This document shows positions 14,455-26,034 of a DNA stretch of 64,000 nucleotides, one piece after another (positions within the stretch are counted from its first letter, which is position 1; every line of letters begins with the position of its first letter). Made by a program: the position numbers and the translations under genes. The stretch comes from Trichosphaerium sp. ATCC 40318 (Eukaryota > Protista > Tubulinea): positions 372,001 to 436,000 of the forward strand of contig JALMLS010000516.1 in the NCBI GenBank assembly GCA_038496445.1, written 5' to 3'. The notes under the pieces were generated by a model. The model made no database searches and was not told the origin of the DNA. It saw nothing but the letters and a program-made list of their open reading frames with translations.

Positions 14455-17400
14455 TTACGTTTGATTCTTTGTGCTGCTACGGTCTCTTTTATGTGCTCTT
14501 TGTTCTTTATCCTTTTTCTTTCTACGATGAGCACCTGCTTCTCTGTGCCTCAATCGCTCAGAAAGCATAGATGCTAGGTAATGATAAAACCTTCCAGTCA
14601 TGCCTGGATAATGCTCAAATAGGATATCCAAGAAATAACCTTCTACCATGTATACCTCAGTACCATCCTCCTCTGCTAATACAGAAGCAGATGCTGGCTT
14701 GTTCTCAAGAAACGACATTTCTCCAAAGATGCTATCTACACCACCCGGTTTAATCTTGGCGAGTCGTACCTTCGATGAAGCTTTAGAATAAACAAATTCC
14801 AACTTGTTGATAAAACGCACCGATTTGCCACCCTTGGCCTTTTCTACGCGACATTCGCCCTTGGCAACCTGGTAGATACGTTGTAATTTTTCTCCTTCTT
14901 GGATGATAATTTCATCCTTCTCGTATGTGATGCACTTTGCACCATTAATAACGCGGTCAAAATCTTCGTCACTGAGCATGAGTGAAGATGCCGCTTTTTC
15001 AGCAGTTAAGCCTAAGGAAACATCTTAAATGACAATCCTATCAACTCATTAACGTACTGCTGCTTCTACTGCGTAATTGTGAAGACGATAATTGCTAACA
15101 AGGCGAGTTAGCTTCATGAAAATTTAATGGATTTTTTCGGTCGTACAGACTCAATGGCATCAACTTCTCCTCGAGGTGTGTTTTGACCAGTTCCTGTCTC
15201 TGTTTTAAGTACTTGTAACCACACAGATCTCAAGAATTCAACAGTTTCCGCATTGTCTTCAGTAGCGAAGACATGTGTCTTTGATGAATTTGTGACAATG
15301 TGGAAGTACTTTTCGTGAATAAAGACATCTTTAATATTCTTTAATTTGAATGTTTCCTAAAACGGTAATCCAGTTAAAAAAAAGCAAGCTTATTTGGAAG
15401 CAAACTACAAATATACCTTGACTCGGATACCGAACACCTTGGCGTCAAAACAGACGTATGATTGGAATATAAACAATACGCCATGTCGCAACCTTCCTTT
15501 TTGTTTCATGGTACAGCTCTTCTCTACGAGACATTATTAGAATGCCGTCACAAGAATAGAATGACTTTGAAACAAAATTAAATCGGAAAGTAGAGACATA
15601 CCACGAATAAGGAGTTGGTCCCGTGGTATATTAAACCGTTTACAAAGTTTAGAATCCTTAGAAGTGCCGTCCTCTTCAGCTTGCTCTGGCTTATCAGTCT
15701 CATCTTTCCGTACCTTATTACCAGATTTACTGCTCAAGTTTCTTAGCCGCTCTGCGAGCTATAAAACACAAGTTAGTATGGCTACACTTGACTGTACCTA
15801 AATGACAATAGTAGTTACCTTGAGGGCTAGAATGCGATTTAATTTTTCAGAGACTATTGGGTTTGTTTGACACAATTTTAGTACAAAGTCGGCCTCCATC
15901 ACCCACAGTTCCATTGTTTCTGCAGCAACAATGGAAGCTGTAACTTTACCCTTTTTGCCCAGCATCGACATTTCGCCAAACATTTGGTTTGGACCCATCG
16001 TAGCAAGCGCGACATTTTTACCATTTATCATCTTTTCTACGCGCACTTTACCAGCTTTAACCCTGAATAACCTATCATTAACACTCCCAGATTCCAAAAT
16101 CTGGTCTCCTTTTTTAAGGGGAACGACAGTAGCGCCTAAATAAAATTAAAAAAAAACCCAGAAAGAACTCAAGTGGGTGACGTGCCTGTCAGTAACAGCT
16201 TCCAATCACGCTGATTGAGCTCTGTTTTACCTTCGTTGGACGCAGTAGCATACATGGAGGCAGATATTTGAGCCATAGTTGCAGCCCTTCTGAAGGCACC
16301 AACAGGTGGTGCAGAACCATCGCCCTCACGCAATCTGGATATTCTCATAATCTCCTTTTCGTCGTCCCACACTTCAGAGTCAGATATAAATGCCTACAAA
16401 AAATCAAGTTAATACAGGGATACCAAAACAAAAGGAAAAGAAAGATAGTGATAGGTGGGTACCTGTATTATAGACACTTCTTTGAAAACGTAGTTACAAG
16501 TGAACCTCTTTACTTTTCTGATACTTGTAGCCATATTAGAGAACTTGTCAAAATTTATCCAACCTTCCTCTGTCTTGCTTGGGGCACAGTCATCCCAAAA
16601 AGTAAAATCTGTCAAAAACACAGCTACAAAAAAAGTGTTATTTCGGTTTGATAAAACAATGGCACTTTACCTATGAAAGGGATGCAAGGAACGCCTTCAG
16701 GGACATCTCCTAACGTAGTTCTATACGTTTTGAAGTTTCTACTGCTCGCCATGAGTTTGGTTACTTCCTCAAAAATTTCTTTTGACTTTTGCGGAACGAC
16801 CTAAATATATACCGTCAACAACAAAATCATTCAACCATCACAACTAAAAAATACGTACAGCCCACGATTCCTTTAATCTACTAATTGGAGAAGAGTGAAG
16901 ACTGGCGAGTACTTCCATAACACCATTAAAGTTATGAAATTCCATAAACACCTAATTTGTACAGTGAGTTCATGTTGTGTTGCGATTACGTTAAAAGCAT
17001 AAATGTAATAGTTTGTACCTTGCAAGTCCTGATAAATTTGTCTATAATCTCACCACGCGCTTCAGGATCTGAGAGTTTTAATATGGTGGTTGTAATCCAG
17101 TGGTACACGCGATTGAAATTAGTAGTCAATTTAGAGACGTTAGGTGCCAATTCTTCGTGATCTTTCTTGTTCCACACTTGATTTAAGAATTCCCTTGGGC
17201 GAACGTTCTTGAATAGCGTAGCCTCCATCAAAGTCATTTGGCGTGCTAACTCTACTGGGTCAAGATCGGCAACAGTAAAATCCTTCTTATTTTTTGGCAC
17301 TATAGATGTAGGAGCGCCTTTTAGATCGGGTTTCGCAGGTTTTTCTACGGCCTGAAAACGTTATTAATAATTTTTAATTGTAAGCAGCACACTAGCAATA

Positions 17401-18342
17401 CCTGGAGGTGGTTTTTGATATTTTTTCTCATTTCTTTGGCAATTTTTGGATGAAGCATGGATAAATGATCCAGGAAATCAAAGAACATTTCTTGCAAATC
17501 CGAATTATGCGCCAAATCGTACGGCAATTCGCGAAATATCCAATATTGGAACACGTCCATTACCATACCAGCACAAGGATAAGTGTCGCCCTCAAATCTA
17601 CAACAAAGAGTCAAGAGAGCCACAAAATAAAAAAAAGAATTGGAAGAACAAAAGTGTCGGCTGCCTTCAACGCACTCGTCTGGTACTACGGCTGGTGGAG
17701 CGTGTACATATTCATAACGAACAATGAGACCTTCCATCACTTCTCTTGGAGTGGCATAGGCGTAAAAGGTCGTGAAAAAATCACTTCTGAACTGATCGTA
17801 TTCAAACAAGGTGTGCAGTGGCGCTTAAACCCGTCAGCAACAATAAAAAAAAATAAAAAAGAACTAGAGAACCGCTAAAACTGGTGGTAATGCGTACCTT
17901 CGTATGGCATGACCAGGTATTCAAGTAATTTTTCAAAAGGACCTTGAGAAATTGGTTAGTCAACACAGACTTTCTTACCTTACGAAAACGCACCTTTGAC
18001 GAGCTTTAACGAGTTGGGGCGCTCCTCGCCAATAAAATGAAACATGTTTACATCGTGAGTGCTAAATTGACGGTGTTCTGTTGTATCTTCGTATTTTAAG
18101 AGAAGGTGATGCAAGCCGTTCGCTCGCAACCAAAAGAGCAGCTGTTGTTGGGACCATTTTGCAGGATCAACTATTAAATTTAGATTCTGTGCATAAAATG
18201 ATACCTTACTCTTTGCTGGCGGCTGGTAATGCGTTTTAGATCCGCGAATGCTCAAGGCTCTCTTCAAGGATGCGTCTTTTTTACTCTGCTAGAGTTAAAA
18301 ATACATAGTTTGCAAGCGAGAGCGTACCTTCTTTTGGGACAT
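14455..18342 (-). CDS. GbpD-like RasGEF: RasGEF-N, RasGEF, cNMP-binding, GRAM, cNMP-binding
   Basis: DFFTTFYAYATP (REM); DPVELARQMTLME, PCIPFI, INFDKF (RasGEF); two FGEMS cNMP pockets; HGVLFIFQSYVCFDAKVFG (GRAM). Confidence 0.9.
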
Positions 18343-18655
18343 ATTGCGGTTGAGACAATAATATTAATAATGATCAATAACGAAATGTGGACGTCTGTTG
18401 GCGTATATTAAACGACAGGAGAGAAAATTAGATACCCCCAGTGGCTAAACTACTGTCTGCCAAAGTAAACGCAAAAAATAGTGATTTTACGCCTTATTAG
18501 CCGGTTATTAACCTAAAGGTGACGCAAAAGGCTGTCTGGTGCGAGAATAAGCGCCTTAACAATAAATTCAGCGTGCCTTAAGTAATAGTCATCCTTATTA
18601 TTTTTTATTTCTTACTTTTTTGCACCCAAGGTCAAGCGTCTAGAAAAATAATACC

Positions 18656-19779
18656 ATGGGAAGAGTACGATACATCCGTATACGCTGTATTCCTCAAATT
18701 TACGTAGGGTCCACAACACCACCTAAAGCGCCTCGCAGCACCAAAACACTGGATGTTGCGTAAAATGAGCGGTGTCTTTGTACGTTTTTCTCATGTTTTA
18801 CACCCACTCACGAAATCAGGCACCAAAACCTCAGGCTGGTCCACACGCCGAGAGAGAGTGTCTACCACTCGTTTTGTTGTTACGTAACAAGCTCAAGTAC
18901 GCTCTCACTGCTAGAGAAGCAAAAACAATTTTGCAGAATCGCCTCGTAAAGGTTGATGGTAAAGTGCGCAGAAACCACAAGTACCCTGCTGGATTCATGG
19001 GTACGCGATATTTTACAACTACTGACCACCACGATGCTTACCGACGCAAACAGATGTTGTACGTATTGACAAAACCAACGAGAGCTTCAGATTGTTGTAC
19101 GATACAAAAGGACGCTACATTGTACACAGAGTCACCGCTAAAGAAGCAAACGTACGTAAAAAAAACCTCTTATTACTCAATTACCACACCTCGCCGTACG
19201 ATATGCGTTCTAATTGATTAATCGCAGTTCAAATTGGGTAAAGTCAAGCGCCTAGGAATTGCCAAAAAGGGCATTCGCTACCTTGTTACACACGACGGTC
19301 GCACCATCCGTTATCCTCACCCTGACATCAGACCTATGGACACTGTCAAAATTGATATCAAGACTGGAAAGATCTCCCAGTTCGTCAAATACGAAGTCGG
19401 TACTTTGATCATGATGATTGGCGGTAAGAACAGAGGCCGTGTCGGTCGCGTACAAAACATTGAGAAGCACATTGGTACGTTGTTTTGAAAGACAAGCAAA
19501 ATAGTTAACGCCTTTTCTTCTTCAAAACCACTTTTTTCTTTTCTCCCTGTTTAAGCGGTTTTTGAGCGACGACGCTAATATATTGTTTTCTAGGTACTTC
19601 CGATACCGTGTACATTAAGGACGCCCGTGGAAGACAATGGGCCACTCGCCCAAAGAATTTGTTTGTGATTGGCGTATCCACCACATCTTGGATTTCTCTA
19701 CCAACTGGCAAGGGTATCAAACTCACCCCTGTTGAGAGACGCGACCAAATGCTCAAAAACAGACCTAACTTGGGCTAAT
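18656..19779 (+). CDS. RPS4: 40S ribosomal protein S4 (eS4)
   Basis: [56 protein letters not shown]. Confidence 0.97.
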
Positions 19780-19887
19780 TTGATTTCAAATAAAAAAAAA
19801 TGTAAACCTTTTAACCACCATTCGCGACTTGTGTTTTTTTTGCCTGTCTTAAGTCCACAACGTAAATAGTCTCCTTTGTGCTCCAAC

Positions 19888-21662
19888 ATGTCAAACGCCA
19901 ACAAACGCAAAGTTGTAGCAAAGTTTTGTTTCAGTATTGTTTACGTAAGCTGTAGGCTGAGAGCGATGTTGGTCCCAACCCAAAAAAAATGCGCGCTGGC
20001 GATGACATTGACACTGATTTTGAACGTTTGTCTGCAAAGTATCCTGCGTTGGCGGCTGTGTACAACGTATGAAATGTCTATGCCACCTCATTTCCGTTTA
20101 GCTTACATAAAGGGCCACAAGGGTCTCTACGCTTGAACTGGAAGGATGTCGCGGCTGTACGGGTATTTACACAGTGTATACTCAAAGACACGTTCAATAT
20201 TGAAGTAAAGCTACCAGAGAACCACCTCATGCCTACTGTAAGCGCGTAGTAGCAAAATTGAAGGAATTTACTGTTTCAAGGTTCCTTCACGATACAATTA
20301 TATACAATGGATACATCAACTCATTCAAGAAGACGAACCTTCGCCACAGGGCGTAACTGGTATTGACATGTAAGCAATTCCACTACATTTCAGTGATGAC
20401 TTTGTTAGAGGGTGTGGCGCGTCGTGTATCTACCCACTCTTGGGTAGGGCTAAGCATGGATGGCACTTCATAGGGACAGATATTGATCCAGAGTCTATCG
20501 ACTTTGCCAGACAGAACGTTGCCGCTAACATGTGGAAGGATGATATACGCATTATACAAGCCACGAAAGGCAAAATTCTGCTGGATGTTATCCCTACAGA
20601 CCAACGGTATGTCCCATGTATAACTGTGGCTAAATCATGCCTTTGTAGATACGATTTTTGCATGTGCAATCCACCGTTTTTTGAGCAAGTTGAAGATAAA
20701 GTAGACAACCCCAGTACTGTACGCTCACTACTTTTCTTGTTTTCTTAAATCACATCAAGGTGTGCAATGCTACAGATGGTGAGCTCGCTGTGGAGGGGGG
20801 AGAGTTGGCGTTCATCAAACAAATTATTACAGACAGCTTCCAGCTCAAGGATACCATCACGTGGTATACCTCACTCATAGGACGGAAGGTAGGCAACCTA
20901 GAAATGGATGTAACTAAAATAGCGTTAGGTGAATTTAAAGAAATTGAGACGCTTTTTACAACAGAACAACGTGCGTCAGAAGTCTGGGTTGTGGTTGACA
21001 GGCTGGTACAGGTCAAAAATATTAGATGGAGCGAACTGTCTCAAGGTAGAACCGCTAGGTGGGTCATAGCCTGGTCGTTCAGTGATAAAGGGCTACATGC
21101 GTTGGAGGTTGGCACTTGCAAAAACGTATTTGTTGTTCTAAGTGACTATTAGGCATCAGCGCAGACGCTTGGTATAAAGAAAGGAAAGAGCCGATACACA
21201 TTACAAACGCGGGTTGAACCCAAGGCTTTGTTTACAATAGCAGAGGGTACTGGTTTTTTTTGTCATTGACTGCTTTGGCACCTAGTAACTGTAAATTAGA
21301 GGTGCTCCTCAGTATGGATGCCAAGATTACAACCGATTTTGCGTCGTATTCCATGAAGGTAGCGTAGTCTTTGTCTGTTGCGCAGGTGTTAATCTTGTGC
21401 TAATTAACCTTAGGGGAACATGTATCAAAACTCAAGCTGGTGGCAAAAAAAGGTAGGCGCAGAAGCTGGTGGTGATGATGACATGGCACCAATGTGCCGC
21501 CCACCACTATTGTTTGCGTTCACAGTGAAGCTGTTCGACCTGGCAAGTGGTGACTATACGCTACAGATACAAAACAACGAAAACAAACCGAATGAAGCTT
21601 TTTACGAGTTCTTTGTTGCATTCAAACTTGCAGCAGTCCCGCTTCTTGCTACAAAACAATAA
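19888..21662 (+). CDS. METTL16: METTL16/RlmF-family RNA m6A methyltransferase
   Basis: HLMPTVPSRYNYIQWI, GIDI-GCGASCIYPLLG, FIGTDID, YDFCMCNPPFF, EGGELAFI, WYTSLIGRK, QGRTARWVIAWSF. Confidence 0.92.
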
Positions 21663-21890
21663 ACAATAGATTTATTTAAGTTAATTTTTGAGTGACTTTC
21701 AAACATACGACTCGCTCACTCTCTGTAAATAACATTCAAGTAAAGTGCCATATGTCTTGAGACAATTCATGCTTCATGTGCAAATCGATTAGACATGATA
21801 ATAAAATCACGTGATTCTAACTTTGGAATTATGTGAAGTTGTTTAAGTAAGGAACACGGTTTTCACCTAAAACTTCACCACAATTGAACA

Positions 21891-22958
21891 ATGGGCAACC
21901 AAAACACTGTAAAGACAGTAGCGGATACGATCGATGCTTCAGAGCTGTTAATGGGGGCGTTTGAAGCGATACCCACTGAAGTATTAGTTGAAATATGCAT
22001 ATATTGCACCGTTGACGGTTTAATTCACTTGGGACACACGAATAGGGCGTTTACGCGGTTATTAACGAAAAAGTCGGTTATATGGAAATACCACTACTGC
22101 AACAGCGACTGGGCAAAGGCTGAGATCTACAAGGCAAATGCAGAACAAGATTGGCACAAGTTATGTATAGAACGCTACAGGTACCGTGATCTATCTATTA
22201 TTACTCTCTGATGCATAAATAGACACTTGTTCTACGGTTTTGGTGCGATTACTGTTAGTGACTGAGATAACACGTGTAGGTCTCCAATTACCACGTTCAG
22301 CCATGTATAGAAGAACAAAACAGTACCCTAATGCTGCTACGGCTATTAATGTTGTCGGTACAAAAGGGTGTAAGTGGTTTGCCTTACAGACCATGTATGT
22401 AGGTACACGCCATGCTGGCTTGGATGATGTCATTGGTAGTTTACAGAAATTGCAAACTGTAGATCCTAAACGTATGCTCTTAGTTTGTACCTTGCGGTTT
22501 TTTTGACAGGTTGTAGTTTTTGCAAACTTGACATTCAACAAAATAGAATTAGACGCATGTACATTCAGTCTCAGCAGCAATCCTTTAATTATTGTGCTCA
22601 ATGTGACAAGACCCGACTACGTTAGAGAGAACATGCAGGTCATTGATTCAGTGTACAAAGGTACTTAATTTGTGGATGCTTAAGTACTTACTGTTGTATT
22701 TTAGACAAATCCCTCCGCCCTCCGTTTATTGTACTTGTGAATGAGCAAATAGACGGGCATTCTCCCGACCTGAGAAGAATTGCAAAAGAGTTAACATTGC
22801 TTGAAAGGGTGAACAAGAGCTATTTTATTCAGGCAATCTCGTCAACAAATTCATTGGGCATGGTGCGTATGGCTCAGGCCGTACATTGGCTCCTGCGTGA
22901 CGCAAGAGGGCATCCTCCAGGATTGGCATTTAGTGTTATATTCTCGTCAATCTTGTAA
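21891..22958 (+). CDS. F-box protein with C-terminal degenerate Arf-like GTPase fold
   Basis: MGNQN N-terminus; F-box AIPTEVLVEICIYC...LGHTNRAF; C-terminal IIVLNVT, PFIVLVNEQ, YFIQAISSTNSLGM..AVHWL echo Arf G4/G5 regions. Confidence 0.65.
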
Positions 22959-23081
22959 ACAAAAAAAGAATAGACGGCATGGGTTTGCTATTTCTCAGTC
23001 AGGTTTATTTATTTTACAGTAAGCTCTTCTTTTGGAAAGCATTTAAGGTTTTTTTGTGTTTGGTAGTTGCAATAGGTTCAG

Positions 23082-24321
23082 CTAGGCTTTAAAAGCTTCT
23101 TTTATCCCTATTTCAAAATTGTTAGCTGTTAAAGTGCCGAATTTCATGTCAAGATTATCGTACTGGTCTGTTCTTCCTCTGATAATTCTTTATTGGGGTA
23201 CTTGACAGCGACATGTACAATCAAGTCTCCGTATTTGCGCGCACCCATGATGGGCATACCCTTGCCTTTCACTACAACTACGGACTCTACAAGTCGGTTT
23301 GTTAACATTGTGTATTTTGTTCATGAAGGAGGTGTACCTGGTTGCGCAATATCGTCATGTTCTACAGTCACCAGTTTGTCGTCGAGATGTCTTATATTTT
23401 TCCGAAATCCAGTGAGTGCTTCTATCAACGTTATCTGCATGTTGATGTGGAGATCGTCGCCTGTCCGTTTAAAGGATTGATGTCGTCTGCTGGACACTTC
23501 AATTACAATATCTCCAGCTGTGTATCCAGGAATTTGATCGCTCTCACCATGCATACGCTAATTTGTAGTGAGAACTACGACTTGGCTCTCTTTTCTGTGC
23601 ACAGTTGTACGTACAATCTCGTGGTTGTCCGGGACTCCAGGTGGCATATCCACTTTGAAGTTGTGCTGTACCTTACGTACGCCGTTGTAACATGATTCGC
23701 AAGGCTCGTATCGTGCAACTTGTGCCTAATGGTTGGAGGTGAGGAACACTTGTCTAGACACCTGAGGAGCGTACAGAGTAAGTGTAGCCCGTGTATATCT
23801 GCTCTAGTGTGGCGTGCAATTGCAAATACTTATCACGTGTATATCCACGTGCTACATTATAGATTAAACGTGCTCTCTTGTCAAGTGACAAAAGGAAAAC
23901 TATGGCAATGTGCTACTGTTCAATCAGGAAATAAAAGCGTACTTCCAGTGTGACGCGGTTGTCTTTGATTTGTTCCGCCGCTTTGTACTGCAGTTATAAC
24001 GTAGTACGTCCCAGCCCCTGCGAGAGCCAACAAGATAAACGTGTAAACAAAAAATTCAACAACATCTAAACCTGTTACACTTTGAATGCTGTGGTGTTGT
24101 GCTACGTACCTATCTATGGCGTATTAGATGCGAAATGTAACAAATAAAGAGTTACGTACAATTTTAATGCCATTATTTGGTAGCGATCTACGACCTTGCT
24201 GCCTAACGCGTTGTACGCTCGCTTCTCCTGACGTGGCACTTTTTGTACGTGTGGGCACATTACTACGTTTACGTGATAGTTCAACGCTCTTAGAGCCTTT
24301 CAGAGAGGTGTCAGCGCTCAT
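23082..24321 (-). CDS. DnaJ C-terminal (substrate-binding) domain protein with TM anchor, no J domain seen
   Basis: HATLEQIYTG, VDMPPGVPDNHEI, GDIVIEV...FKRTGDDLH...TLIEALTGF, VKGKGMP..YGDLIV; hydrophobic FFVYTFILLALAGAGTYYVI. Confidence 0.75.
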
Positions 24322-24436
24322 CGCAGTTGGTAGAGTCAAATAATCTTGATTAATGTGCAGCTGGCGTTTGGCACCCAAAACTGCTCACTTTTCGCCAAAG
24401 TATTTACAATTACTCTCGCTACATACACATACCGAC

Positions 24437-25816
24437 ATGTCTTACAGTAACTCACAGGTACAGTACATTATTTAATAAGCGCTCAAAAAGTGTTGGTGCA
24501 CGGTATGAATCTATTGCGATTGAAAACCCACGATTACCGTGGTTTGCACGCAATGGGCTGATCTGTGATTTTCCCTTTCCGTTGTGGTAATTCGCCGCTA
24601 GTAGCCGTTTTTACACGCTACGCTACTTCAGTTGATTCAAATCGCGTGTGTTAGCTTCCATTAACGCCATTTTAGCAAAGAGTAAATCCAAATGACCTGG
24701 ACCGCCTTCTGGCCGATCCACAGAGCCAACGCAAATCAATGTTCAAAGGCAAGAAAGGAAAGCGGGCGCAGGGCGTATTTGGTACGTAATATATGACAGA
24801 CTTGTTAATTACTTGGCGCGCATCGCAACCATGCATCATACCAACCGAAATTTTTTTTATTGGCTGTTGCCGTTGTTTACTTACACAATCACAAAGAGGG
24901 CTCCGCATTGAACGCAGTATTGGGTGACCTGGGTGGTGTATCCAACGATTGGGCAAGCAAGGACATGGACAGTTTGCGTGCTGTGCGTCTGACAACTAAA
25001 TAAATAGTTGCCCCCAGTGTTGACGTTATTGTTATAGGAGCGTCACTTCAAGTTGGAAGGAAACCCTCTAGCCAACATCAACGATAGCGTATCAGTTAAG
25101 CTTCACGTATTTGATGCACAAAACAGGCGTAGATTGATCGAGGACAGACACTTTCAGGTCTCAATCGGCGGCCCTGAAGGACAATTGAGACCAAATTTGC
25201 AAAAGAATGAGTCGGACAACACGTATACTATCACATTTACGCCAAGGAGGGTACGTACCTAGCTTTGTTGGCAATACAATGCTTATATAAATGAACAAAT
25301 GCTCATCTTTATTTCTAAGGCTGGTGTATATCCATGTACAGTGATGGTCCGAGGAGAGAAACATTTCGAGTTTAACTTCATTTCATGTCCACGTGCGCAT
25401 TGACAGTTTTCAAATTGTTGAAATCCAAAAAAATTTACAGTTGTCTAATTATCTCTCTTTAGTACCTGTCGCTGAGTACTGCACGCTCCACCCAGAACGC
25501 ATTATCCGTGCTGGACAAAAAACTCAAATCACTATTGTGGCTAAAGACAGCAGTGGCACACAGATCAGAAAAGGAGGACATGACTTCAAATTTTCTGTAC
25601 GGCTTAAAACCAAAAACTACAATCATCTATTTTTATGTGACATTTGTTGTGTAGGCTGAAGGATACGGACAACTACACAACGCCACGTTCATCGATAAGA
25701 ATGATGGCACGTGTATTTTAGAGTTTGCAGCATCAGAGGCAGGTGCATACACCATCTTCGTCACGCTCAACGGAAAACCTGTTCGCGACAGTCCACTCAA
25801 AATTAATGTATCTTAA
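24437..25816 (+). CDS. Small protein with two filamin/ABP-120 Ig repeats
   Basis: FQVSIGGP...DNTYTITFTPR; ITIVAKDSSG..GGHDF; DKNDGTCILEF..AGAYTIFVTLNGKPVRDSPLKINV. Confidence 0.8.
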
Positions 25817-26034
25817 ACTTGGTATATATCCCTCCTTTTCTGTATGCCTGTCTGAGTGTGTTCCCCGTGTAACCGCTGATGGTTTTTCTGTACATTAAAA
25901 AAAATTGAAAATCAAAAATGATTGTGCATCCGAAAAGTCAAATACAAGTCGCAGGCTATTTTTAATCTCCTCTGGTACAGATTCGTATGATTTAACACGC
26001 GACACTAGAGCACATTTCGCCTTGAAACGCCATT

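Noticed and set aside
24499-24567. SECIS element or U4 snRNA (ATTGCGATTGAAAAC resembles part of U4)
   Set aside because: It is intronic rather than in a 3'UTR, the ATGA-AA-GA spacing is too long, no in-frame UGA gene is adjacent, and the U4 5' U6-pairing arm and Sm site are absent
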